Shown here piece after piece: positions 12,485 to 24,652 of a stretch of 64,000 nt of DNA. The notes below the pieces were generated by a model. The model saw only the letters and a list, made by a program, of their open reading frames with translations, did no database searches and was not told the DNA's origin. A program made the translations under genes and the position numbers. Numbering within the stretch: position 1 is the stretch's first letter; each line of letters begins with the position of its first letter. The stretch comes from Octopus sinensis (taxonomy: Eukaryota): the NCBI RefSeq assembly GCF_006345805.1, contig NC_043004.1, forward strand, positions 26,846,001 to 26,910,000, written 5' to 3'.

Positions 12485-13469
12485 TTACAGTGATAGTAAT
12501 AATAATAATAACTGTAGCAACTTTTACATGAAGTCAAATTTGGCAGTCTGTCATGCAGCTGTGTGTAAACAGACATTCCCTCAACACTAAATGAACACAG
12601 AATTTTTCAAACCTATCACAATTACAATAAAAAAAATTATATGGAAGAATTTTGTGAAACCCAGCTGTCTCTTCACCACAGGAGGTAAAGCAAGGCAAAA
12701 AGAAAATAGTCTTATAACTCAGATTATAAGAAAATGGAATTGGATTAAATTTCCCCCTTTTGATATATTGCACAACAAACATTCCAAGGTCATATTAGGA
12801 AAAACTATCTGATTTGTAAAAGGTAAAAGCTATGACACTGTTTGCTGTATGTTTGAAACTAAAAATGCAGCCAAAATAATAGGGTGGAATTGTCTGATAC
12901 ACCTCTGACTATACAACTGTGCCACAGTATATGAGTCAAAGAAACACAATAAGAGTAATCACAATAAGAGACACTGGAAATGATGTGAACCTATGGTTTA
13001 TAGTGATCTTTGTGTTGCCCGATTGGAATATGATCAAACAGGGCTAATGAAAGGTGACCTGTAATGAAGACAACAGTCCATGTTTCAATTCCAATATCCT
13101 TTAAACTTTTAGGTAACTCTCTGGGAGTTGTGCCAAGTGCACCAATTATGACAATAAAAATTGTCACCCTATTTTCTATAATCTCTTTATCTCACAGGCT
13201 ATTTCTCAATTTTCTCATTTATCAATATTATTATTAAAATTTATATTATTGCTGTTGCTGATGTTATTATTACTATTATTATCATTATTATTGTTATAAG
13301 AATTGTTACTTGTTTTTTAAGACTATATTTCTTATCCTATTTTCCTTGCTATTGAATTTGTTATATGAAAATTAATTGCACATTGAAATGTCTACATTTT
13401 AGCTTTTTAAATACACTCTCAACAAAATTATCAAAATGAAATAAGAAAACATGATAAAGAATGTGTCTC

Positions 13470-13490
13470 TGTGTGTATACACACACACAT

Positions 13491-13546
<56 letters not shown>

Positions 13547-13719
13547 ATATATACCCACCCACCCACCCACACATACACACATACACACACACATATATAT
13601 ATGTGTAAATATTCATATACATTATATACATGTATGTATGTTTCTATATGCATACATACATACGTACATACATACATACATATACATACATACATACATA
13701 CATACATACATACATACAT

Positions 13720-13753
<34 letters not shown>

Positions 13754-13775
13754 GGACAGCCAGATAGATAGATAT
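13470..13775. repeat. Compound microsatellite (CA)n(TA)n(TACA)n(GACA)n
   Basis: Directly visible; source of several spurious ORFs. Confidence 0.95.
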
Positions 13776-14143
13776 ATTTGTGTGAATATATGTGTATGCA
13801 TTTAAATGGTAAAATATTTGAAACTTCAAATTGGTAATTTAAAGTTATGCTATCTATACTGAAATTTCCATGTCAAAATTTAATCAGAAAAATATGTCAG
13901 TTTTCCTGTAGTTTTACAGATTATGTTACCACACTATACATTATTCATTGTTTCAATTACATAATTGTATCAATGGAATTTGCCTGATGTCTTGTGTTGA
14001 GACTAAGACAATGGCACAGCAGTGCTTATTGTAGCCATTATAAAGACATATAGAATCTTGTTTCATTGTAATATTGCTTTGAAATAGTGAAGTATATTTC
14101 AATATGTATGTATGTATGAATGGATGGATACATACATACATAC

Positions 14144-14632
14144 AAGACATACAGCATCTCGAAAGAGTCCAGAAGCTGGCTACCCACATGGTTCATGGTC
14201 TCAAAAATTTGTCCTATGAAGAAAGGCTGAGGACGCTCGACCTTTATTCTCTAGAAAAACGCAGCCGCTGTGGTGATCTCATTCTCGGCCACAACATCAT
14301 AAGCGGAAAGTGTAACCTCTCGAAAGAGCTGTTCTTCGCTCCTGCTCCAGAGCGTCGGCTGCGGGGTCATTCCGAAAAGCTCTACCTGTGACGATTTCAT
14401 CTCAATCGAAGGAGAGGAGCTTTCTCCGTCTGGGTTGCGGATCCGTGGAAGAAGCTGCCAGACGAGATGGTGAAGATGCCGACGACCACTTTGTTCAAAG
14501 CCTCCCTTGACCTCAAGTGGCCTAAACTCTTTACATGAACACCACCCTTTACATGAACACCACTCCATGTCCCCCTACATGGCCTTGCTATTTGCTTTTG
14601 AGCCAAATTAACTAACTAACTAACTAACTAAC
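14144..14632 (+). mobile_element. CR1-clade LINE 3' end with (TAAC)n tail
   Basis: LERVQKLAT.MV.GLK.LSYEERL..LDLYSLEKR..RGDLI...RGHS.KL...F..RV..W..LP...V.....FK..LD, then a short 3' UTR and taactaactaac. Confidence 0.9.
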
Positions 14633-14660
14633 ATACATACATACATATAGCATATTTTAA

Positions 14661-14735
14661 TTGCCTTAATAACTGAAGAGATGCCGGTGTAGGTTTCAGC
14701 CCCAACATCCAAAACTCGGAGTTTTACTATGGCAA
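14661..14735 (+). ncRNA. Type I hammerhead-like motif, copy 1 (G12 appears mutated: cAAAA instead of cGAAA)
   Basis: ttgcc..taa CTGAAGA gatgccgg...ccccaacatcc AAAA ctcggag TT ttactatggcaa; stems I-III are discernible. Confidence 0.5.
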
Positions 14736-15127
14736 CCGAATAATTGTCACATAACTGTGTGCGTATGGTTACGTGCACATGTGTGTGTGTGCACGCGCAC
14801 GTGTGTATTTGAATATAACTGCATGTATGAGTATGTGTATGTGTGTGTGTGTGCTTGCATGTGTGTGGATTTGTATACATGTATATGCATGGTTGCATAT
14901 ACATGTGCATCTATTTGATGTATGTGTGGGTGTGCATGTATGTGTTTCATGCGAGTCTGAGTCAACATATGCATATAGGAACATGTACATGGGTGTGCAT
15001 GCACATGTGTATGTATGTACATGTGCGTATATGCGATTGCTATGAGCATTTTTACTCCTTTACTTTTTACTTTCTCCCTTTTGGTTTTTTCCCTTATTTA
15101 ACGGTCATTTTCTTTACTATATTCTCA

Positions 15128-15202
15128 TTGCCTCGATAACTGAAGAGATGCTGGTGCAGGTTTCCACCCTGACATCCAAAACTCAGAGTTTTACTATGGC
15201 AA
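15128..15202 (+). ncRNA. Type I hammerhead-like motif, copy 2, 467 bp downstream of copy 1
   Basis: ttgcctcgataa CTGAAGA gatgctgg...ctgacatcc AAAA ctcagag TT ttactatggcaa. Confidence 0.5.
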
Positions 15203-15305
15203 TCGAATAATTGTCACGTATTATATTTACAGATAATTTCCTCTATCTACACAATATCGAGGTCTCTTTTATTCTTTTGTTGTCTTACCATTACTATTGA
15301 TATAT

Positions 15306-15338
<33 letters not shown>

Positions 15339-15434
15339 CTATATATATATATATAATATATATCTATATATATATATGTGTGTGTGTGTATATATATATA
15401 TATATCTATATATATATATATGCATATATAATAT

Positions 15435-15477
<43 letters not shown>

Positions 15478-15990
15478 AATATAACAATAAGGGTTTAGCA
15501 ACAAGTTGCATGACCATATACCAAAAATTTTAGAAATAGCAGCCAAAAGACTACTATTTCCTTTTTCTACAAAAATATGTCTCCACAGACAACAATATTT
15601 GTTACTCACACATGGCAAAAAAGAAGAAAAATAATGAAATCAAACAGTCTTCGGTTAATATGCTGATTAGCTTTTTATATGTTCTGATGACGCTTGGTCA
15701 GAAATATAAGGGGCAAGTTCTACTAGCATCTTCAGATTTATAATTATCGAAATATTATGTTGACAAAGGAAATGAGTCTTATGATTCTAATCCAGAGACG
15801 CTTCTATAATTAATCGAAGACTGTTTGATTTCATTATTTTCCCTCTTTTTTGCCATGTGTGAGTTACAAATATTGTTGTCTGTGGAGACATATTTTTGTA
15901 GAAAAAGGAAATAGTAGTCTTTTGGCTGCTGTTTCTAAAATTTTCCGCATGTGGTCAAGTAACTTGTTACTAAACCCTTATTGTTATATT

Positions 15991-15992
<2 letters not shown>
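15478..15992. repeat. Foldback element: ~180-bp imperfect inverted arms around a ~150-bp spacer, flanked by (TA)n
   Basis: 15478-15658 is the reverse complement of ~15810-15992 (ORFs 15406..15618(-) and 15850..16227(+) share MPCVS.KYCCLWRHIFVEKG). Confidence 0.9.
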
Positions 15993-16029
<37 letters not shown>

Positions 16030-16659
16030 ATTTTCCATCTTAAACTAAGTGTCAGCATAATACATTCACTGTGTACCAGCCTTTTAACTTTTGTTGTTTT
16101 ATTTTTGATTTCCCCATATACATCCATCTATCCATCCATACATACATGCATACATTCATACATACATACATACATACATACATACATACATACATACATA
16201 CACTGTGATTACTTTGGGTACCACTGATCAGCTATGCCTAACCTGTTCTTTGAAACCAAAGCCAAGTGTGTATGTATGTGTGTATGTATTCTTATAATTT
16301 TGTTGCTGCTATTGCTGTTGACTTTGCTTCTTCTCAGTATTATTTCTTTCAACTTTCTAGGGAATTTCCAAGGGAATTTTATGACCAGCTTTGTTTTGTT
16401 TTATTTAATTTTTTTTGTTATTCTTGTTTTGAAAAGTAAATTAGTAAATAAATACGTTAAGTAAAATAGTAAATAATTAAGTTAATAAATTAGTAAAATA
16501 TGTCTAGCAACATATTTCAGGGTGTTTTTTAAACAAGTTTCTTACACTCATTTACAGGATCCACATAGGAAACTACTGGTCTAAAGCACAATTTTTCATG
16601 ACCCCTGAAAAATTATCATGAACCTCCAATTTGCTGCATTTCATCTGTGGACTCAGAAA

Positions 16660-16990
16660 TTTTGTATGGACCCCAGTTGAGAGATTTTGTATGGACTCCA
16701 TCCGCCATATTTGCTGAACATTGCCCCATCTGATTATCATTCATTCTGCAGTCTTCAAAATTATTTCTATAGAAAAATATATGAATTCTGTAGATAAGGT
16801 TAGAACAGTAGTGGAGGAGTAGTTTTCGTCATGGGTAAGTGAATTTTGGAAGAGAGGCCTTGCAAGTCTACCAGATACATGGAAGGGCATTATAGAAAAT
16901 GAAGGGGAGTATATTTTAGATTAAAAAAGAACTTTGTTTATCTTAATTTTGAAAAATAAAAGTATAAAAAAATGCATTATTTATGGATGA
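16660..16990 (+). mobile_element. mariner 3' fragment
   Basis: LHPPY..IAPSDYH.F.SL..., ending in aatgcattatttatggatga, the reverse complement of the TIR family seen at 5663. Confidence 0.75.
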
Positions 16991-18227
16991 CAGGGTGTTC
17001 AAAAGGTCTCTCCGCAGTAAATTTTTTTCATCCTGCGCATGCAAAACTTGACTATCACTACATGAATGGCTGGGTTTCAGCCATTGTGTACCCTTCAGTG
17101 TGTCGGCATGCTAACCATTGAAGAACTTACGTTTTTAGTTGAATGGGTGTTTCAAGCTGGAAACAAATACACAGATACTGTGAAATAGAAGTTCAGTGAA
17201 ACTTTTACAAATACTGTTGTTTCACATTGTGGCACTGTGCAGGATTTGATAAGAAACTTTAGAAACACAGGCTCAGTGGAAGCCACAGTAAGAAGTAGTA
17301 GGCCTACTGTTCTTTTAGGTGAAACACTCTCCCATATTTCCAATAAATTGTTGGCAAGCCCGTCAAAGTCTTTATGCAAATTGTCACAGGAAATGGAAAT
17401 CAGCTTAGGAAGTGCTCACATGGCTGTAAAAAAGAAATTAAATTTCTTTCCATACAAAGTGCTGGCCATTCAAGAATTGAAGACTACTGATCATGCTAAA
17501 AAGCTTCATTATTGTCATTGGTTCCAAAACTTTGTTGCCGAAAAAAGCATAGGAGTGCTGGATGGGTGTTTTTACACCGATGAGGCTTGGTTCATCTGTT
17601 GGGACACACAAATTCACAAAACACAAGGATATGGAACACTGAGAATCCACACAGGACACATAACTGAAAAAGTTGGAGAATGGAAAGCAATTTCGAGAAA
17701 GTGTCTTGTGGGACTGATATTTTTTGAAGACACCATCAACCCTGAGAGATATTGCTCAAATATTGTCTATTCATTTGTAGGCCAACTCGCTGAAGCGAAA
17801 TTAATAATGCATACTTTCAGCAAGATGGAATTACAGCACATACTTCGTGCATCACCATGACACTTCTTCAAGAGATTTTCGGTGAGCAGATTATTTTGAT
17901 CACCTGATTTAACACCACCTGGATTTTTTTTCTGGGGAGCAAGTAAAGGATCAGTGTACAAGAATCACTCAAAAACCATGAATGAGCTAAGAGAAGCAAT
18001 CATAACCTTCATACAGTCCATACCACATCAGACTTTCCAAGATGTATTTAAAATATGTGTACAAGAGTTAACTTATGTATTGAAAATGAAAGACGACACT
18101 TTCAACACTTATAAAGTTTTTTGAAGTCTTGTAAAGTCTAATATATTCTTTTGTCGTCTTATACCATCTTATAAATATTTATTCTGCAATAAAATACTTA
18201 CTGCAGAGAGACTTTTTGAACATCCTG
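16991..18227 (+). mobile_element. Tc1/mariner superfamily element, rosa/DD41D-like, decayed transposase
   Basis: 30-bp TIRs cagggtgttcaaaaggtctctccgcagtaa / ttactgcagagagactttttgaacatcctg|TA; F..TGSV, FYTDEAWF, QDG.TAHT, SPDLTP..FF.WG. D-D spacing is not measurable because of a deletion. Confidence 0.85.
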
Positions 18228-18402
18228 TATATTTTTTTCAATACATGTATTTGTCAAGACATATAACTATTTACATATTGATATTAATGGAATTTCATTA
18301 TGATATTCTATAATGGTGTTAACGGTTCTTAATCTATATAAATCTCTAATTCTGAAATGTGTGTGTGTGTATATACACATACATATATACTTGTATATAT
18401 AT

Positions 18403-18813
18403 ATACTTTTTGGCTAGTTATATAAAAAAAAAATTTAAAGTTTAAAAATTTAAAAATTTAAAAATATTTATATATTATATATTATATTAATTATATTTAT
18501 TGTTTTTTATGCTTTGGTTTATGTCTAGCACTGTTTGAGTTACCTAATAGTGGTTTTATCTCTAATTTAATTTATATATATATATGTATTACATATATAT
18601 ATATAAATTAAATTAGAGATAAAACCACTATTAGGTAACTCAAACAGTGCTAGACATAAACCAAAGCATAAAAAACAATAAATATAATTAATATAATATA
18701 TAATATATATATATATATTTTAAAATTTTAAAATTTTAAAATTTTAAAATTTTAAAATTTTAAAATTTTAAAACTTTTAATTTTTTTTTTATATATAACT
18801 AACCAAAAAGTAT
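18403..18813. repeat. ~410-bp palindrome centred at 18589
   Basis: Inner ~95 bp of unique sequence is perfectly inverted (atctctaatttaattt.../aaattaaattagagat...); outer TTTTAAAA arrays differ in copy number. Confidence 0.95.
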
Positions 18814-18846
18814 AAAAAAGTTAAATATAATATAATAAGTAAAAAT

Positions 18847-18899
<53 letters not shown>

Positions 18900-19029
18900 T
18901 ATAAATAAAAACTTGGAGAAGAGAAATAACGCGTGCATTCAGTCATATAGTAATATAATAAATAAATAAAATATATGCATACAAACATACATATATGTAC
19001 ATACTTACATCTACATGTATATATACATG

Positions 19030-19081
<52 letters not shown>

Positions 19082-19170
19082 AGTACAGGACACCACAAAT
19101 AAACGTAGAACACAACGAGAGACAAGAACATAAAAATCAAACAAGGAAATGGACTTTTTTTAAACAACGA
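18900..19170 (-). repeat. pLTR-like repeat, same family as 5040-5497
   Basis: Reverse complement of 5240-5470 (aaaaaagtccgtttccttgtttgatttt..., gactgaacgcatgcgttgtttc). Confidence 0.8.
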
Positions 19171-19221
19171 AAATATATATATATATTGATGTTAATGCTT
19201 ACCTTGAAGAGTTTGTTTGAA

Positions 19222-19262
<41 letters not shown>

Positions 19263-20476
19263 TACGAATCCATATATATGTAACTGGGTGGTATATGAAG
19301 ATGACTCAAGGAAAGAAAGACAGTGGCCAAAGTTGTAGTTAACATATTTATTTCTCCATTACATATAATTAAAGCCAAACCACAATGGTCAGGCATGTAT
19401 AAAAACAGTGGGAAAGCATACTAGGTAACAAGATTGATATTTTCTTGTAAAAGGGTAAATAGCATTGGACTTACTTATTTCCTGTTGTTCTAACAGCCAT
19501 AACTAAATAGATCAAGTGATGTTGTCGAAAGTGAAGTGAGTGAGTGAGAAAGTAAGAGAGTGATGGATAGGAGAACTGTATTGTTGGTGAATTCTATATC
19601 TGTCTCTATGACATTCTGTTGAGATGGTTTTGTTGCAGGATTGCATTCAGTGTGAAATGCCTTTAAAGTAGTGCAGAGGGAAAATGTGTCGGCCTGCTCT
19701 CTGTTGGTTTCTCTCACTCTCTGCTTGCAGAGCGCTGGTATTTATAATGGCCCATTCCAGTTAGAAAGATGGATATACCTTTAAAAGAGTAGCCTATGTC
19801 CATTTAGGTCGCTTGTTGTCCATTTGAACTTTTCCTGACACAGCAAGGTCGTGGGTCGAGTGGAAATACATCAATCAATGTTCCTTTTGAGAGGACAAAG
19901 AAATTTTCCTCGCTTGGTCAGAAAATAGCAGGTGAATTTGGAGAGTGAGAATTCTTAGATTTAATTTCAAATCTCAGCCAGGCATGGCCAAGTGAGGTCC
20001 CTATGCTTTGTATATTTTCTGGTGGCTGCAGTGACCCTGCAGAGTGGGCTGAGTGTTTTTTATGTGGTACCAGTGCAGGTGAGGTCAGTTTTGACACGGG
20101 TTTTATTGCTGGATGCCAACCATGCTACAGTGTGGACCGGATGCTTTTTAAGTGGCACCAGCACTGGCAGGGTCACCGACTAACTTTGCAGGAAAAGGAA
20201 TCTTCGTGAGAGGAGGGGATATTGGAGGAGGTGATGATGGATAGTTAGAGTGTGACAGAGATAGAGAGGCAGAAAGAGGTGTCTTCCTGTAGAGGAGGTA
20301 GATGGTTATCTGGCCAAATAGAGAGGAAGAGAGAGGGAGAAAGAGTTAACAAGAAAGGAGACAGAAACAGATGTACTACTGTAAAGGAGAAACATGGTTA
20401 CCTCAGCAGAGGTAAGAGCAAGAGAAAAGAAAGAGAGAGGTGGGAGATGGTGGCAAGATATATATATACATACATA

Positions 20477-21359
20477 CAGGGTGCAATGGGTAAATTGTTA
20501 CCATTTTATTTTTTTAATTTCCCACATGTGCATTATTTGTTTTTGATTTTGTTGACTGCACAGTATAGTAGGGGAAGTTGGGCACCATCTGTGAGAAAAG
20601 CAGCACCATGACGCTATTGGCTCTGCCAGAAATTTGGAAACGACATGCTGTACTGCTTGGCATTCATGCCCAAAGCTCCAATGCAAACAGATGGTGAACA
20701 TACAGAACAACAGATGGCTTGCTATGTCACCAAAACATGTACCAAGAGTGATAAAAATCAAACATCCAGTCAACATCATGGTGTTTGGAGTGATCCCTAG
20801 TGATGGTGATGTTATGCTCCCATTCATCTTCTCACACGACCTTAGACTCAACATGGAGGCCTACATCAAGTGCCTGGAGGAGGTAGTGCTGCCCTGAGTC
20901 AAAAGGGTGGCTGCTGGAAGACCCTATGTCTGGCAACATGACTGCACCATACACACAAGCAGGAGAACTCAGTCATGGCTGTGAGACAATTTCTGTGACC
21001 ACATCACCCCTAACATCTGTCCACCTAAATCCCCAGACTGCAACCTTCTTGATTGTTATGTGTGGGGTGTAGTTGAGTGAGATACCAATAAAACTCCTTG
21101 TAACATCCAAGTTGAACTGATGGCAAGGATTATGGCAACATTCACTGACTTAAACAAGGAGACCGCCCAGAAGAGTTGCAGGAGATTTCGAAGTTGTCTG
21201 GAGGCCGTGGAGGCAATGGCAATTTTATTGAATAAATTTACTCTTTAGTATTTCAAGATGTTTTTTTTTGTAATTTTGGCAAATATATCTGTTGAAACGA
21301 GATGTTAGCGTTATTTTCCTTTTTGTGTAATTTAGATGACAATATATTCATGCACCCTG
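20477..21359 (+). mobile_element. maT/DD37D Tc1-mariner element, internally deleted
   Basis: TA|cagggtgcaatggg ... tcatgcaccctg|TA. Reconstructed WQ.D..HTSRRTQSWL..NFCDHITPNI.PP.SPDCN.LD spaces the catalytic Asps by 37 residues. Confidence 0.85.
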
Positions 21360-22204
21360 TATATATTTATAAATACAAACACACACACACACACACACGC
21401 ATGTACACACACACACACACATTCTGTTTCCAATGAGACTCAACAGACATGACCAGTATGACTGAAAGTTTCTTCAATACCTTCACATATTCCTCATTTA
21501 TACTTTGGAATTTGCTACATTTTATGTTTTGGTAGTTTCTGGTGATAAGGCTAAGTTCTTATGCTGCAATCATAATCCTTTACTCTCTGTTTAGGATTTC
21601 ATTTAGAATATACTTAATCCATTTTTGCTCCACAGTCTTTTGGGATTTTGCCAGTGTAAGGGATTTTATTGTCAATGTCTTCATTTTTTGTTCCATTTTT
21701 TATTTTTATTTTTCAGTATATTATTAATATTATATATATTATTTATGCCTGGAGAAAAATGCTACAGAAATCAATAATTGATTTAGAAATCAATATTTCA
21801 TGCTATACTTTCTCCATTTTCCTTCAAACTGCCTTTCACCTTAATGTCTGTTATGCTTTATCTCTTTGTCTCTTCAAAGGCAATAAAAATTTTCTATTTT
21901 ATTCATGTTTTCTAGTTATTTGTTCTAATTTCCCATTATTTTCTTTCTAGATATTTTTGTTGTCTCATAATATATATATTTTTTAATTATAAAAGAGTCC
22001 TTGTATTTATGGTAAATAAAATGCTCCAACATAAGTTTTTAGATTATGTGTTCTAAATCTTATTGTTTTTTTCCCTTCTTTCCTTATCTTGATCATTTCC
22101 ACAATTACCAATTATTATAACTATAATCTATTAGAGGAACAGCTTTAATATTTAGCTTTCAGTTTTCAGTTTAGTTTTAAATATAAATTTCATGCCTCTT
22201 TAAC

Positions 22205-22370
22205 ATTCTCCATTGCAGTGAGTTAAGAAGCTTGCTTCCCAACCATGTGGTTTCATGTTCAGTCCCACTGCATGGCACCTTGGGCAGATGTCTTTCACTA
22301 TACCCTTTGTTTCACCAATGGCTTGTGAATGGATTTGGTGGATGAAAACTGAAAGAAAACCAATGTATAT
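22205..22370 (+). mobile_element. tRNA-derived SINE family A, partial
   Basis: taagaagcttgcttcccaaccatgtgg...gttcagtcccactgcatggcaccttgggcag. Confidence 0.8.
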
Positions 22371-22371
22371 G

Positions 22372-22568
22372 GGAAGGGGTTCTGAAAAGTTCCTGGCTTC
22401 GAGTAAAAGAAACAACAGTGGGGTCAGTTAATTATGATTCAATTCAACATATTTCTCTCTCAGATTCCTGCAAATTATTGCAGCAGTTTATCAGTTTTTC
22501 TAAGCCCTGTAAAAGAACTCAGAAGGTTGGACCTCCAGCCAGGCCTTTCACCTTTTCAGCACTCCCTT
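22372..22568. mobile_element. mariner-type MITE
   Basis: Ends aggggttctgaaaagttcctgg / ccaggcc...ttttcagcactccctta; a homologous inverted copy lies at 24653-25298. Confidence 0.7.
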
Positions 22569-22574
22569 ATATGT

Positions 22575-22603
22575 ATACACATGCACACACACACACACAC
22601 ACA

Positions 22604-22634
<31 letters not shown>

Positions 22635-22872
22635 TAAATGTACACACATACACATCCACGTGCACACACATGCACATACACTCACTCACATGCACAAACA
22701 CATACACACATGCACACACACATACACAACTACATGCACATGCACATACACACGCACCACACATGCACACACACATACATATAACTATCTATGTATCATC
22801 CATAATGTACATAGTAGCCATAGATGGCTACTTTAATATTGCCTCAGTTGTGTATCCCACATTAAATGAGTG

Positions 22873-22936
<64 letters not shown>

Positions 22937-22937
22937 G

Positions 22938-23023
<86 letters not shown>

Positions 23024-23025
23024 GT
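22575..23025. repeat. (CA)n-rich block and (TG)n block separated by a short spacer
   Basis: Directly visible. Confidence 0.95.
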
Positions 23026-23390
23026 GCATGTGTCTGTACTCTTGTCTTCATATCACAAGATGGTCATGAATGAATAAGACTGTCTCAGAAGTGATGTTGA
23101 TCATTTCCATTTTTCCTATGAAACACATGTAAAGGGAAATATTACCTTGCTTGGAAACAGTTGAGGGTTGAAAATAAAAAGGTTAATTGGGTGTAAAAAA
23201 TCTCCCTCAACAAATTCTGTCTGACTGGTGCAAGCATTTAAAAGTTATGTTAAATGATAACGATGGTGGTGGTAGTCTGGATTGTGATGATGATGATGAT
23301 TATTATTATTATTATTATCATCATCATCATGACTTATTTCTTTCATTTTGTATGATGTACACTGCCATATCTTTCATTGATTTCTCATTA

Positions 23391-24560
23391 CGAGGGTCAG
23401 CATAAAAGTTCATTGGCCAAGCAATATGATCTGTTAAGGTAGTGGGGCTCCGAAAGGGGTCTTAGGGAGTAGCGTCCCTGCCTTCCTGAGCTAGTTTTCC
23501 ACCACATTTCTTAAAAATCATGGTAGAGGCCTTGGTCTTGGGACCCACTCATGCCTAGAAACTGAGGTTGGGGGTTGGCAAGGGCATACTTTCCATAGAA
23601 AATCCAGCTCCAAAAAAGCCTCATGATAGCAAAAGAGAATGGGTACCAGCCTGCCCAAAGCTTGGGATGGGCTTCACCTGCCTACCTCGGTTGCTATGGT
23701 ATTGAGGTAGATTCAGACACCCCTGTTAACAGGGATAAAACCCGGATTTAAAACACTGGCTGATGATGATGATGATGAGAATGTAATCAAATGAGGTTTA
23801 ATCTTCAACATAGTACTCCCTTGCAATCCACATACTTCTTTCATTGATGTTGTAGTGCTCGGATTCCATTGGTGAAGAAGCCTTCGTCCTGTTGGTTGAA
23901 AAAGTAATCAATACTAGATATGATGTCATCATCACTGCAATAATGCTTCTCAGCCAAGTGTTTTTTACATGCTGGGGAACAAATGATACTCAGATGGGGC
24001 CAAATCAGGAGAATAGGGATGAGGACCAACCAGTTCAAAGCCACAGTCATGCACAGGAGCTATTGAAACTGAGGACTCATGTGCTGGTGTATTGTCCTGA
24101 TGAAACATGACCTCTTTCATCAGTTTTTCTTCGCATTTGGTCTTGATAGCCCTTTGTAACTGTGTCAGCAAGGTGGCATAGTACTCTCCATTGATGTTTT
24201 GGCCCTTTTAAAGATAGTCAATAAACACAATACCTTTTGCATCCCCATCACTTTCCCTGCCCATGAAACAATCATGGCTTTCTTTGGAGCAGTTGAGGAG
24301 AAGTGTTTTCACTGCATGGATTGTTTCTTTGTCTCTGGCTCAAAGTGATGGAGCCAACACTCACCATAGGTTAGAAAACATCCAAGGAATCCAGCTGGAC
24401 CTGCCTCAAATAATGTCAGATTTTGCTATGATGTGATCAGCTTGGTGTGCTTTTCATCAGGTGTCAGAGACACTGCACTCACCAAGCAGAAACCTTCATC
24501 ATGCCAAGTTCAGTGTGCAGAATATTCTCAGCGCTCTCATACAATATGCTATGTTGTTGC
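23391..24560 (-). mobile_element. mariner (DD34D) element, partial, interrupted by a LINE 3' end
   Basis: ORF 23965..24171(-) FHQDNTPAH...YSPDLAPSEYHLFP; TIR-like TA|cgagggtcagcataaaagttc at 23391. Confidence 0.85.
23431..23778 (+). mobile_element. LINE/SINE 3' end with (GAT)n tail inserted in the mariner subterminus
   Basis: Removing it restores gcaatatgatgagaatg; ends in tgatgatgatgat. Confidence 0.55.
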
Positions 24561-24652
24561 TGTTGATGTTCATTATTTTTGTTTTCTGTGGTTTTGGCTT
24601 AAAGCTTACAGTTCTTCAGTCATTCAACTCTATGATGTGTTTTAATATATAT

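Noticed and set aside
13361-13829. Stacks of ORFs rich in CV/HT/YI repeats (also 4358, 14620-15139, 22418-23077, 59713-60120)
   Set aside because: Translations of (CA)n, (TA)n and (TACA)n microsatellites.
5663-16990. One mariner split by an 11-kb insertion stack
   Set aside because: Same TIR family and orientation, but the middle of the transposase is missing and nothing links the halves; two independent fragments is simpler.
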